Origin: Bacilli bacterium
Lineage (GTDB): Bacteria > Bacillota_I > Bacilli_A > RFN20 > CAG-826
Direction of reading: 5' to 3'
DNA: 64,000 nt
NCBI GenBank assembly: GCA_023268805.1
Contig: JALRKT010000001.1
Span: forward strand, 20,561 to 84,560
The translations under genes and the position numbers were made by a program. The notes below the pieces were generated by a model that saw only the letters and a list, made by a program, of their open reading frames with translations, made no database searches and was not told the DNA's origin. The first letter of the stretch is position 1. Every line of letters begins with the position of its first letter. Shown in pieces: positions 29,689 to 39,601 of this stretch.

Positions 29689-30267
29689 TTATAGATCGAG
29701 GATTAAGGTTCCTTCGCTATCTCCACTAAGTCCTGCTGCATTTCCTTCATCGGTATCAATGTGCATGGCAAGAGCAAAATCGGAACGAACCCGGACGACA
29801 ACGTCACCAAAAATGAGTGAACGATCAGCATTTTTTATTTTGACGCCGACGATTTGTTTATCGTTAACACCATAATGAAGGGCATCTTCTGGTGTCATAT
29901 GAATATGACGTTTGGCAAGAATTAATCCTTCACTTAATGTAATTTCTCCTTCAGGACCACAAATCGTAATAGGAGCACTTTCTTTTATATCCCCAGATTC
30001 ACGAACGGGAGGTTTCACACCTAGACTACGTGCTTCTGTCGCGGACACTTCAACTTGAGAAGCTTTACGAACAGGACCTAATACGACAACATTTTCAAGC
30101 GAACGTTTGGGACCGATAAGCGTTAGGCGAACTTGAGAAACAAATTGTCCAGGTTGAGAGAGTGGACGAACGGGTTCAAGTTGACTTCCAGGTCCACAAA
30201 GAATTTCTAAATCTTTTTGAGTTAAGTGAATATGACGAGCTGAAATTTCTACTAAGATTGGTTTCAT
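29689..30267 (-). CDS. pduL: Phosphate propanoyl/acetyltransferase PduL
   Basis: SARHIHL, LSQPGQF, R.SGD, AKRHIHM, MHIDTDEGNA. Confidence 0.93.
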   Translation of the reverse strand: MKPILVEISARHIHLTQKDLEILCGPGSQLEPVRPLSQPGQFVSQVRLTLIGPKRSLENVVVLGPVRKASQVEVSATEARSLGVKPPVRESGDIKESAPITICGPEGEITLSEGLILAKRHIHMTPEDALHYGVNDKQIVGVKIKNADRSLIFGDVVVRVRSDFALAMHIDTDEGNAAGLSGDSEGTLILDL

Positions 30268-30317
30268 TTTTTTACCAAGTTTAATTATAAAAATTTAGAC
30301 GCTTGAAAGCAAATCAT

Positions 30318-31403
30318 TTATTTTGATGGAACCGCTTTTTTTTGAATTAAGACGCCACGAAGAATTAAGACTACCAATCCTAGGATTAACCAACCGTAAA
30401 AAACAAAAAATCGCCAAATAAAGGTCACCCAAAATAACTCCTGCCCTACAACAAATCGAGAAAAGATGGCTGAGAAAGTAAATTCTGCGGCACCCGCACT
30501 TCCAATCGTAGGTACTACACCTAACATAGTATTCGTCATCGCCATCAATTGAACAAGTTGGGTCCATTGGAAGGATGGTAGATTGTCGCCAATAAACACA
30601 GGCACAAATGACGATAAAATAAAGAAAGGAATAATCAACAAACTTAGTTGTGATACGACACTAGAAAGAAACACCGCCATCAGACTACCAATCTTTTTTT
30701 TGTAAAAGGCAAACGCATGTTGATAGAGTGAAAATGCTTCTTCTACTTTTTTGGCAACCGAAACCGCAGTTCTTTTGAACCAATATTGGCGAATTAACCC
30801 GACAAAAAATCGAGAAAAAGAAGGGTGAAATGAAAATAGGATTAAGACGACTGGAAGAAAACTTGTAAAAAAATATCCCACAAGAGAAAAGACGAATAAA
30901 TAAGGATCGAGTAAATTTCCAATCCCAAAAAAAGCAATGGTTGTTAAAATCGCCATGGCAAACCGCATAAAAAATAAATCTAACATCGGAATTGCTGTGG
31001 CTTGAGCAAACGGAACACCTTCTTTGTGCATGAGGCCCATCATAATCGGTTGCCCACCTAATCCCCAAGGCGTAATTAAAACATAATAACGGGAGAGGAT
31101 ACCGTATCGTAATGCCGTCAACAATGGAATCGGATGTCCACTCGAGTGGAGCAGCATCCACAAACGAAGGGCTGAGGTGAAAATCATCATCAATACTGCT
31201 AATAAACTTAACCATAGCCATGAAGGATGCGACAACCAAACACCCGTTGAAGCAAACAAGTCTATTAATACGAAACCTTCTAATTCACTTTGTAATGTTG
31301 CAATCGTAACAAGTATTCCGACAATAATCGAAAGAAAAACAAAAAATCCTCCAAGCCAAACCTTCACATTTATTGATGATGGATTTTTTTTTGAATGAGC
31401 CAT
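30318..31403 (-). CDS. Lysylphosphatidylglycerol synthase TM / YbhN-type flippase-like protein
   Basis: ITPWGLGGQP, PTIGSAGAAE, IWRFFVFY; about 8 TM. Confidence 0.8.
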   Translation of the reverse strand: MAHSKKNPSSINVKVWLGGFFVFLSIIVGILVTIATLQSELEGFVLIDLFASTGVWLSHPSWLWLSLLAVLMMIFTSALRLWMLLHSSGHPIPLLTALRYGILSRYYVLITPWGLGGQPIMMGLMHKEGVPFAQATAIPMLDLFFMRFAMAILTTIAFFGIGNLLDPYLFVFSLVGYFFTSFLPVVLILFSFHPSFSRFFVGLIRQYWFKRTAVSVAKKVEEAFSLYQHAFAFYKKKIGSLMAVFLSSVVSQLSLLIIPFFILSSFVPVFIGDNLPSFQWTQLVQLMAMTNTMLGVVPTIGSAGAAEFTFSAIFSRFVVGQELFWVTFIWRFFVFYGWLILGLVVLILRGVLIQKKAVPSK

Positions 31404-31460
31404 TAATTAATTATAACGACTTGACAAAACACCAGGAGAAAAAGTCGTATAATTTTAAAG

Positions 31461-32870
31461 ATGAATAATAAAACTGATCCTTCCTTACCATTCTTAATTC
31501 GCGATAAAAATATTCAATTAATTCGTCAACGTTTTGACCTAGTTCCACTTGTTGATTTAGCCGATGAAGTGGATGCGCTTGAAGATCCAAAAGATATTTT
31601 ATTTGTCTTTAAAACATGTTCAAATGCTGTCACTGCTGAACTCTTTAGTTATTTATCTTCACTTACTCAAGAACGTCTCTTACAACTATTTACGGATAAA
31701 CAAATCGTTGACTTATTAAACCATTCTTACTCAGATGATGTCGCCGATTTTCTTGGGGAATTACCCGCCAACCTTGTGCAACGTATTTTAAAAAATGTCG
31801 ATGCTTCTTATCGTGATGAAATTAATCAATTACTTCGTTATAAAGAAGGAACTGCTGGTAGTATCATGACGCCGGAATATATCACTTTATCAAAGGATGC
31901 ATCCGTTGATACTGCCTTAACGAAAATAAGAAAAATTGGACGAGAAAAGGAAACCATTCAATCGCTATTTGTCATTGATTCAAAACGATACCTTATTGGG
32001 ATTTTAACGCTAGAAGACTTAGTTTACCACTCTGGGGATACCTCCCTCTCATCGTTAATGAGTGATGATTTTCAAACATGTCATGTCCATACCACTCAAG
32101 ATGACGTTGTTAACCTTTTCAAACGATATAATTTGACCGTCCTTCCTGTCCTAAATGAAACCAATCGATTAGTGGGAATTATTACTATTGATGATGTCTT
32201 ACATGTCATTGAGGATATTGCCAGTGAAGATATTTTGAAAATGGCTGCAATCAACCCTCTTAAAGATGATTACAAAGCAACTTCTTCATGGATGATTACC
32301 AAAAAATCTATTCCTTGGATCTTAGGGTTAATGATGATCGGTTCGATTTCTACGTTTGCGATTAATCAATTTGAATCAACGTTTCAAAGTGTGATTGTAT
32401 TAACTGCATTTATTCCGATGATTATGAATACCGGAGGCAATGCTGGTAACCAAAGTGTTGCCTTAATTACTCGGGCACTTGCAACCCACGAGCTTTCCTT
32501 AAAGGATATCCTTTATATCATCAAAAAAGAATTCACGACAGCGACAATCATGGCTATCACAACTGCCTTTTTTGCTTTTATTTGGATTGGTATATTACTT
32601 ACCACCCAATTTATTCGTTTTGAAAATATAACAGTCCTTTATTCACTGGCTTGGTTCAGTTCAGTTGCGCAAGTATCGGGTCTAGTTGCTTCCACATTAC
32701 TACTTTCGGTTTTTGTTGCAAAATTATTAGGAAGTTTACTACCCTTACTTGCGGTTAAAATTAAAAAAGACCCAGCAATTATGTCGAGTCCTTTTTTGAC
32801 AACAATTATGGATTTTACCTCCTTAATTATCTATTTTCTCTTCGCGAATTATCTGTTTAATTTCTTTTAA
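31461..32870 (+). CDS. mgtE: Magnesium transporter MgtE
   Basis: AGSIMT, CBS pair, LVGIITIDDV, GGNAGNQ, DPA.MS.PF.TTI.D. Confidence 0.95.
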   Translation: MNNKTDPSLPFLIRDKNIQLIRQRFDLVPLVDLADEVDALEDPKDILFVFKTCSNAVTAELFSYLSSLTQERLLQLFTDKQIVDLLNHSYSDDVADFLGELPANLVQRILKNVDASYRDEINQLLRYKEGTAGSIMTPEYITLSKDASVDTALTKIRKIGREKETIQSLFVIDSKRYLIGILTLEDLVYHSGDTSLSSLMSDDFQTCHVHTTQDDVVNLFKRYNLTVLPVLNETNRLVGIITIDDVLHVIEDIASEDILKMAAINPLKDDYKATSSWMITKKSIPWILGLMMIGSISTFAINQFESTFQSVIVLTAFIPMIMNTGGNAGNQSVALITRALATHELSLKDILYIIKKEFTTATIMAITTAFFAFIWIGILLTTQFIRFENITVLYSLAWFSSVAQVSGLVASTLLLSVFVAKLLGSLLPLLAVKIKKDPAIMSSPFLTTIMDFTSLIIYFLFANYLFNFF

Positions 32871-32903
32871 TTTTCTCAACCATTCGTTATAATAAATAAC
32901 GCT

Positions 32904-32988
32904 GCAGGTATGGCGGAACTGGTAGACGCGTACGTTTGAGGGGCGTATGGGGTAACCCGTGGGAGTTCGAGTCTCCCTACCTGCACCA
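32904..32988 (+). tRNA. tRNA-Leu(GAG)
   Basis: TACGT-TT-GAG-GG-GCGTA anticodon arm; variable arm; CCA; TATAAT at 32888. Confidence 0.96.
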
Positions 32989-32996
32989 AAACAAAC

Positions 32997-33025
32997 AAAA
33001 AACCCAAGGAAATCCTTGGGTTTTT
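32997..33025. terminator. Bidirectional intrinsic terminator
   Basis: AAAAACCCAAGG-AAAT-CCTTGGGTTTTT. Confidence 0.88.
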
Positions 33026-33043
33026 CTCTAGCTTAGAAATCGA

Positions 33044-36000
33044 CTAGTAATTCATGGTGTGCGTACCTAATGTACCACCACCACCGATATCACTGTTAAT
33101 TGCAGTCGCTGTCCATTGGGTATCATCCCAAGTGTTTGTTGCACTTACATAAGGAGATTTGATGTTCGGGTTTCTTACAACAGAGTGATCCGTTGTGGTT
33201 CCTCCAGATGGTAATGCCCAGTTTGAACCAGGATCAGTACCAATTGTTCCAAATACATCAATTAATACCCCATCTTTATGAAGACCAATTGCATCGTCAC
33301 CATTAAAGAATGTGACTGAACTTGAAAGTTTTCTTGAATCAGGAATATTTGCAAGTTCTGGAAATAAAGCAACAGAAATTGATGAATTGTAAAAGACAAA
33401 GGTTTCCCCATGAGCTAATGTTGATCCAGCAGGGAATGATACAGGGGTTGTTGTACTATTACCATTACCATATAAACCTACTGTATAAGTAGATAGATCG
33501 ACTGTGGAGCCAGTTCCGTTAAATATTTCTAAATATTTATTGTTGCTAGAACCTTCATATACTTCCGAAATAATGAGGTCAGTCGCGTAGGAGACATTTT
33601 CAACAGTAATGGTCAATGTGTTCGAGACAGCAGGTGTTTCAACACTCGTAGCAGTAATAATTGCTGAACCTGCGCTCACCCCTGTGACGAGACCATTCGC
33701 ATCCACTGTCGCGACGGCAGGAGTATCGGAGACATAAGTGTACGTTCCAACCCACGCAGCAGGTGTTGGTGTGACAACGACCTGTGTCGTTGAACCAACT
33801 CCGATGGTGGAAGGGTCAGCACTCAAAGAAATACCCGTTAACACTAAGGGATCAGAAACTGTTAAATCGAGCGTACCAATCACCGCGCTACCAGGTTCAT
33901 TTGCGGCAGCAGTAATGGTCACATTACCTGCAGCAACACCTGAAACTAAACCCGTTTGATCAACGGTTGCAACAGCATCATTACTGGACGACCATGTCAC
34001 ATCGAGGACGTCAGCATTCGCTGGGAGAACCGTTGCAGTTAATTGTAATTGTCCATTAGAAGCCAACGAAGTTGCTCCTTCTGCACCAGCAACAGTAATT
34101 GAACTCACTAAAACCGGATCCGCTTCGACTAAAGTAAAGTCACTACCACCAGAAGGATAAACTTGTAATGCGCCTGAGTAGGCATTGAGAATACCTTCAT
34201 AGTTCACCGTGTCGTTTTTCCAGAAGTCAGTGAATAACGCGTTAAGTGAATTACGTTCGGCTTCAAGTAAGAAACCGGAAATTCGAACATCCACCGCGAC
34301 TGCACCAAGTGTAAATGCACGGTTTGTCGAGGAAGTCCCCACGTTAACCCAAGGTTGAGGTGGGAATAAACCATCAATCTTAACTAATCTCCATTGATTA
34401 GTAAGCGGGGTATCTGTCGTGTTATAAGTTGCTTCTGTAATTTCTAAAGGGGTAATTGCAGGAGCCGTTAAGAAGGAGATTTTAGACATGTTAGCAACAC
34501 TTGCTCCAGAGTAAGCCCCAATACGACGAGGTTCAGCGGAGTTTTGTGTAGGACCAGTGACTTGAACGAAATCACCGGATGCAAAGCCAGCGGTTTGCGC
34601 ACCTGCAACTTGAATTGCTTCCGAGCCAACTTGAATAAATAATTCGTTGGAGGCAATGATACGAGTAATGACACCGTTTACCGTTACAACGGTGTTCACA
34701 GCCGTTGCTTTCGCAGCGGCAATTGTTGTTACATCTTCAACCGTAATTAAGACATCATCTGTTTTGGTGTTGTCTTCAGTAGCAGCTGCGGTAATGGTCG
34801 CAGTACCGACGGCACGGGCTTCTACGATCCCTTCTGATGTAACAGTTGCAACCGCATCATCTGAAGAACTAAAGGTTAAACCTTGACCGACATAACCTAA
34901 GGGTAATAAGGTTGCATCAAGATCTAAGGTTGCACCAATTTTTAAAGTAGAGTCGCCGACATTAATTAAAACACCTTCTAAGGAAAGTGGAGCAGGCGTT
35001 ACGGTCACCGATAAAGTACCCGAAACTAAGTTGTCTGCCACCGAAGTCGCGGTAATGGTCACAGTTCCTGGCGCAATCCCAGTCACTAAACCAGCACTGT
35101 CAATTGTAGCAATCGTATCATCACTGGATGCCCAGGTAACGGATTTGTCATCTGCATCCGCTGGTAAAACAGTAGCCGATAATTGCAAGGTTAAGTTTTC
35201 AACAACTTCCACAGGATCAACTGAGGCTGTGACACTAATCGAGGTTGGTAAGACAGGGGCGTCAGTGTTGACGGCAAAGTCTGCAGCAGACGCAACCGCG
35301 AGTTGAACCCCATTAAAGTCACCTAAAACACCGGTGTAATCAATCTTAGCACCGGATGCTAAACCACCAAAGAAGGTGTTTAGCGCTTCACGTTCGGTGA
35401 CGTTAATATAACGATCGAAACGTGCCGTTAAAGTTTTAGCACCTAAATTCATCGTGACATTCACACCACCCGAGGAAGGATAGGTGTTGTCGACAAGAAG
35501 CGGTGTCCATGCCCCTGCGAGGGATAACTTTTTAATTTCCACAAGTCGGCCATCAAAGTTAGGGGCAAGATTATCATTAACCCAACCTTCTTCGTTGATG
35601 GAGACAGGAGTAATCGTCGGCGCAGGATCATCCAAGAATTGGACTTCCGGTAACCCGGTACCTGTCGGTCCGGTGATTTCCATTAAACCGTTATAGTTCG
35701 CGATGAAACCATACACTTGAATGAAGTCACCCACGGCCACTTCTTCTGTACCTTCATAACCGAAGATATTAATCCCGAAGTCGCCTTGTTGAATAAAGAA
35801 ACTCTTTTGACGGATGACGCGTGTAACCACGCCTTGAACCGTCACTTCCGAATCATTAGGTAATACGCGCGCAGCTTGAATCGAGGTAATCGTAGGCCCA
35901 ACTTCTTCTGAAGAAACAGTCGATGTCGTCGCCGACGTCGTGACTTCAGATGAACTGGCAACGGTACTCGTTGTCGTGCTGCTTGCGGGTGTAGAGCTTG

Positions 36001-36082
36001 CCACAGATGAACTTGAAGGTGTCGTAACACCGCAAGCGGCAAGAACTAACATCACAAACGGTAATAGTGTGATTTTTCTCAT
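33044..36082 (-). CDS. Large surface lipoprotein: duplicated OB-like/Big_2 modules plus C-terminal lamin-tail domain
   Basis: ATG at 36082 after AGGAGG; lipobox LAAC; S/T linker; four Big_2-like repeats (e.g. VTWASSDDTIATIDSAGLVTG); DLIISEVYEGSSNNKYLEIFN (LTD-like). Confidence 0.85.
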   Translation of the reverse strand: MRKITLLPFVMLVLAACGVTTPSSSSVASSTPASSTTTSTVASSSEVTTSATTSTVSSEEVGPTITSIQAARVLPNDSEVTVQGVVTRVIRQKSFFIQQGDFGINIFGYEGTEEVAVGDFIQVYGFIANYNGLMEITGPTGTGLPEVQFLDDPAPTITPVSINEEGWVNDNLAPNFDGRLVEIKKLSLAGAWTPLLVDNTYPSSGGVNVTMNLGAKTLTARFDRYINVTEREALNTFFGGLASGAKIDYTGVLGDFNGVQLAVASAADFAVNTDAPVLPTSISVTASVDPVEVVENLTLQLSATVLPADADDKSVTWASSDDTIATIDSAGLVTGIAPGTVTITATSVADNLVSGTLSVTVTPAPLSLEGVLINVGDSTLKIGATLDLDATLLPLGYVGQGLTFSSSDDAVATVTSEGIVEARAVGTATITAAATEDNTKTDDVLITVEDVTTIAAAKATAVNTVVTVNGVITRIIASNELFIQVGSEAIQVAGAQTAGFASGDFVQVTGPTQNSAEPRRIGAYSGASVANMSKISFLTAPAITPLEITEATYNTTDTPLTNQWRLVKIDGLFPPQPWVNVGTSSTNRAFTLGAVAVDVRISGFLLEAERNSLNALFTDFWKNDTVNYEGILNAYSGALQVYPSGGSDFTLVEADPVLVSSITVAGAEGATSLASNGQLQLTATVLPANADVLDVTWSSSNDAVATVDQTGLVSGVAAGNVTITAAANEPGSAVIGTLDLTVSDPLVLTGISLSADPSTIGVGSTTQVVVTPTPAAWVGTYTYVSDTPAVATVDANGLVTGVSAGSAIITATSVETPAVSNTLTITVENVSYATDLIISEVYEGSSNNKYLEIFNGTGSTVDLSTYTVGLYGNGNSTTTPVSFPAGSTLAHGETFVFYNSSISVALFPELANIPDSRKLSSSVTFFNGDDAIGLHKDGVLIDVFGTIGTDPGSNWALPSGGTTTDHSVVRNPNIKSPYVSATNTWDDTQWTATAINSDIGGGGTLGTHTMNY

Positions 36083-36212
36083 GTGATATAAATTCCTCCT
36101 CACGTTTTTTTCCTGTCGAAACAGGTTTGCTATTACTGCTTTCATTATAAACTTTTATCCCCGTTTTATGCCAAGGAAAATCCCTTTTTCTTTACAAAGA
36201 TTAACAAATAAC

Positions 36213-36239
36213 AAAAAAACCCTTTGGTAAGGGTTTTTT
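36213..36239 (-). terminator. Intrinsic terminator after the M3 peptidase gene
   Basis: AAAAAACCCTT-TGGT-AAGGGTTTTTT. Confidence 0.8.
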
Positions 36240-36263
36240 AGAAAAGAGTTGAGATAAAACCAA

Positions 36264-37973
36264 TTAGAGATTTTCGGCGTACGCTTTAAGGACTTTTTTC
36301 ACCGGGGCGAAGGTCTTCTTAATGGATCCTGGTTCGAAAGGATTACGTAATTTCGCGGATTGGAGCAGTTGGGTGAAAGGATATTTACCCCCGGTTTTAC
36401 ATACTTTGACGTATTTCTTCCACGCTTTTTCATAATTCTTTTTCATGAGACCTAAGAACTGTAAAGCGACCACTTGAGCGAGGGTGTAATCAATGTAATA
36501 GAAGGGGGCTCCAAAGATATGACTTTGTCGCATCCAACGTGTTCCTTTGTCATAAAGAGGAAAGCCGGCATAGTTTTTATAAGGAGTGTACTTCTTTTCA
36601 ATGACACGCCATTGCGCACAACGTTCTTCGTGGGTCGCTGTCGGATTGGCGTACACCCAATGTTGGAATTCATCCACAGTCACACCATAAGGAAGGAAGT
36701 TAATCGCACTTTCAAGATGACCAAATAAATACTTGGCTTCATCTTCTTTGAAGAATTTTTCCATGTAGGGTGTCGCAAAGAATTCCATCGACATCGAGTG
36801 AATTTCTGCTTCTTCCATGGTGGGATCACGATATTCAGTCGGTTGAATATTGCGTGACATATATCCTTGGAAAGCATGCCCAATTTCGTGAGTTAACACA
36901 TCGACATCACCCGAGGTTCCATTAAAGTTCGAGAAAACAAAAGGCATTTTATAACGGGGAAAGAACGTCATATAACCGCCACCACGCTTGCCAGGTTTTG
37001 CTTCTAGATCCAGTAAATTACGGTCGACCATTTCTTGGAAGAAGGCCCCAATTTCTTCACCCATGTTTTTGTACATGTCGAGGGCGGCTTTGACTAAATA
37101 GTCTTTATTTCCCTTCGGTGTCGCGTTGCCATCTTTAAATTGAATGGCTAAGTCATAAAACTTCGCCCCTTTAATTTCAATTCGTTTAACTTGTTTTCGC
37201 ACGAGGGCATTTGAAATCGGTACAACGAATTCAAAAATTTGGTCACGGTAGGATTTGACATCCTTTGGCCCGTAATCGGTACGACCCATGCGGTCATACG
37301 CCATTTCTGTAAAGGATGGATAACCCAATTTTTTCGCCATCCCCGTACGTAAGGTCACGAGTTGACTGTAAATTCCCGCGATTTGTTCTTCTTTTTCCGC
37401 CATCCAGTTTTCAACGGCTTTGGACGCGCGTTTACGAACATCGCGGTCTTTATCCACGGCAAATTTTCCCATTTGGGAAAGGTTATAAACTCCGCCATCA
37501 AAAGGAATTTGAGCAGAAGCCATCACGTTATCATATTGGGTGGTTAATTTATTTTCTTCTTGCAAATCGTTTAGAATCTTTGGATCAAAGGTGCGAGCCG
37601 ATACTTCTAATTTTTTAAATAAAAAGGGACCTACGAGAGTTTCTAGTTCTTTACGGAACTTACTTGCTAAGACGGCTTTGGAATAACGATTGCCTAAGCC
37701 AGCGATCATCGGTCCCACTTGATCGACCACATCATTCGCTTTTTTGTAGACTTCATCCCGGGTATCAATCGTGTGACGCACAGAAATGATGGTAAAATCC
37801 GTAGAAACTTCATCAAAGAATTTACCAATTTTGAGCATCCATTTCTTTTGTTCTTGGGCGCTTTCTGCTTTTTCAAAGCGTTCCATTAAGGCATTGAATT
37901 TCTTTTCAATCGTTGGGAATTTTGGAATGCGTAAGGGAAATTCCTCAAATTTTAACGTCGTTTTGTTCGCCAT
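36264..37973 (-). CDS. M3 family oligoendopeptidase (PepF-like)
   Basis: HEIGHAFQ (HEXXH), EIHSMSME, HIF..PFYYIDY. Confidence 0.93.
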   Translation of the reverse strand: MANKTTLKFEEFPLRIPKFPTIEKKFNALMERFEKAESAQEQKKWMLKIGKFFDEVSTDFTIISVRHTIDTRDEVYKKANDVVDQVGPMIAGLGNRYSKAVLASKFRKELETLVGPFLFKKLEVSARTFDPKILNDLQEENKLTTQYDNVMASAQIPFDGGVYNLSQMGKFAVDKDRDVRKRASKAVENWMAEKEEQIAGIYSQLVTLRTGMAKKLGYPSFTEMAYDRMGRTDYGPKDVKSYRDQIFEFVVPISNALVRKQVKRIEIKGAKFYDLAIQFKDGNATPKGNKDYLVKAALDMYKNMGEEIGAFFQEMVDRNLLDLEAKPGKRGGGYMTFFPRYKMPFVFSNFNGTSGDVDVLTHEIGHAFQGYMSRNIQPTEYRDPTMEEAEIHSMSMEFFATPYMEKFFKEDEAKYLFGHLESAINFLPYGVTVDEFQHWVYANPTATHEERCAQWRVIEKKYTPYKNYAGFPLYDKGTRWMRQSHIFGAPFYYIDYTLAQVVALQFLGLMKKNYEKAWKKYVKVCKTGGKYPFTQLLQSAKLRNPFEPGSIKKTFAPVKKVLKAYAENL

Positions 37974-37996
37974 ATTGCTTTCTCCTTTAAGTTTAT

Positions 37997-39592
37997 TTAT
38001 CTATTAATAATAAGACTTTCTTCCGTCATTTCAACTGGTTTTGCTAATCCTAACAAGTCAAGAATCGTGGGGGCAATATTACCGAGCTTCCCACCTGTCG
38101 GCATTAACGTCGCTCCCGGAAGATTAATACAGACAGGGACAAGGTTCGTAGTATGAGCGGTATGCGGCAACCCTTCGGCTGTCAATATTTGATCGGCATT
38201 CCCGTGGTCGGCGGTTACAATGAGTGCACCACCATGCTGATGAACCCATTCGATGACCGAACCCACGCATTCATCGACGACTTCCACCGCTTTAACCACT
38301 GCTTTTTCTACCGCAGTGTGACCGACCATATCGCAATTAGCAAAGTTACAAATGACAACGTCGAGGTCACCCTTATTTAATTCACGTAGCAACGCATCAC
38401 GAACTTCATAGGCACTCATTTCCGGTTGTAAATCATAGGTGGCAACCTTGGGTGAATTAATTAACACACGACGGGATCCTGGAAGTTCAGGTTGTTCAAC
38501 CCCATCATAATTAATGGTGCCATCAAAGAAAAAAGTTACATGCGGATATTTTTCAGTTTCCGCAATACGTAATTGGGTTTTGCCATGTTGGGCAAGCCAT
38601 GGTCCTAAGGGATGGTCGAGCGTCGGTAACTTAAAGGCAATCGATCCTTTGACAGAATCCGCATATTTCATCGTTTGCACTAAATGAACGTGGGGAACGC
38701 GCTTAGGTTCATATGCGATATAGGCTGGTTTTCCATCTTTGATGGGAGGATTGGCGTAAAAGGTTGGATTGGTGAGTAGGGTACAAAATTGAATACCACG
38801 ATCAGGACGGAAATTCATAAAGATGATCGCATCGTTATCCTCAATTTTCCCATCAACTTCTGCATTAAAGTGAGGAATTAAAAATTCATCACTCGGATCT
38901 TTTCCTTCCTTAGGAAGAGAAGCATATTGATCCATAAAAAATTGTTGATAATCAGAAAAAGAAGGCCCTTGACGATTCACAATCACATCATAAGCCTTAC
39001 CCGTTCGAGCTAAGTTTTTATCGCGGTCCATCGCATAATAACGACCGCCAATGGAAGCGATTTTTCCTGTTTGATATTCCTCCATAGTTTTCGTTAAGGC
39101 ATCAAGATACGTAACCCCCAGTTGCGGACCAACATCACGGCCGTCCATCAAGGCATGAACCATGACATTTTCAACCTTTTGTTGAGCGGCCATTTGAATC
39201 ATGGCCTGAAAATGGGTTAAGTGCGAATGAACTCCTCCGTCCGATATTAAACCAATGATATGAAGTTTCGAACGGTGCTTTTTGACGTAATTCATCGCTT
39301 CTAAATATTTTTCATTTTTAAAGAAAGAACCATCCATGATCGCTTTATCAATTAAGGTGAGCGATTGATAGACAACGCGTCCAGCACCAAGGTTTAAATG
39401 ACCCACTTCGGAGTTTCCCATTTGCCCAGCGGGCAATCCTACATCAATCCCCGATGCTTGAATATAAGTGATGGGATAAGTAGAAAAGTATCGATCAAGG
39501 TTTGGTTTTTTGGCTTTAGCGATCGCATTTCCATACGTTTCCTTGCGAATACCATAACCATCCATGATGATTAAAATAACGGGTTTTTTCAT
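37997..39592 (-). CDS. gpmI: 2,3-bisphosphoglycerate-independent phosphoglycerate mutase
   Basis: GQMGNSEVGH, DGRDV, GRYYAMDRD, AETEKYPHVTFF, DMVGH, TADHGN. Confidence 0.98.
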   Translation of the reverse strand: MKKPVILIIMDGYGIRKETYGNAIAKAKKPNLDRYFSTYPITYIQASGIDVGLPAGQMGNSEVGHLNLGAGRVVYQSLTLIDKAIMDGSFFKNEKYLEAMNYVKKHRSKLHIIGLISDGGVHSHLTHFQAMIQMAAQQKVENVMVHALMDGRDVGPQLGVTYLDALTKTMEEYQTGKIASIGGRYYAMDRDKNLARTGKAYDVIVNRQGPSFSDYQQFFMDQYASLPKEGKDPSDEFLIPHFNAEVDGKIEDNDAIIFMNFRPDRGIQFCTLLTNPTFYANPPIKDGKPAYIAYEPKRVPHVHLVQTMKYADSVKGSIAFKLPTLDHPLGPWLAQHGKTQLRIAETEKYPHVTFFFDGTINYDGVEQPELPGSRRVLINSPKVATYDLQPEMSAYEVRDALLRELNKGDLDVVICNFANCDMVGHTAVEKAVVKAVEVVDECVGSVIEWVHQHGGALIVTADHGNADQILTAEGLPHTAHTTNLVPVCINLPGATLMPTGGKLGNIAPTILDLLGLAKPVEMTEESLIINR

Positions 39593-39601
39593 AAACACTC
39601 C

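Noticed and set aside
30685..31239. 184-aa alternative-frame ORF inside the YbhN-like gene, and similar nested ORFs (e.g. 862-1332)
   Set aside because: No RBS or recognisable motif; typical off-frame ORFs within hydrophobic, T-rich genes
33500..35300. Repeated DNA motifs and Val/Ala/Thr-rich plus-strand ORFs
   Set aside because: Explained by Big_2 repeats and codon pattern of the minus-strand lipoprotein; not a CRISPR array or independent genes
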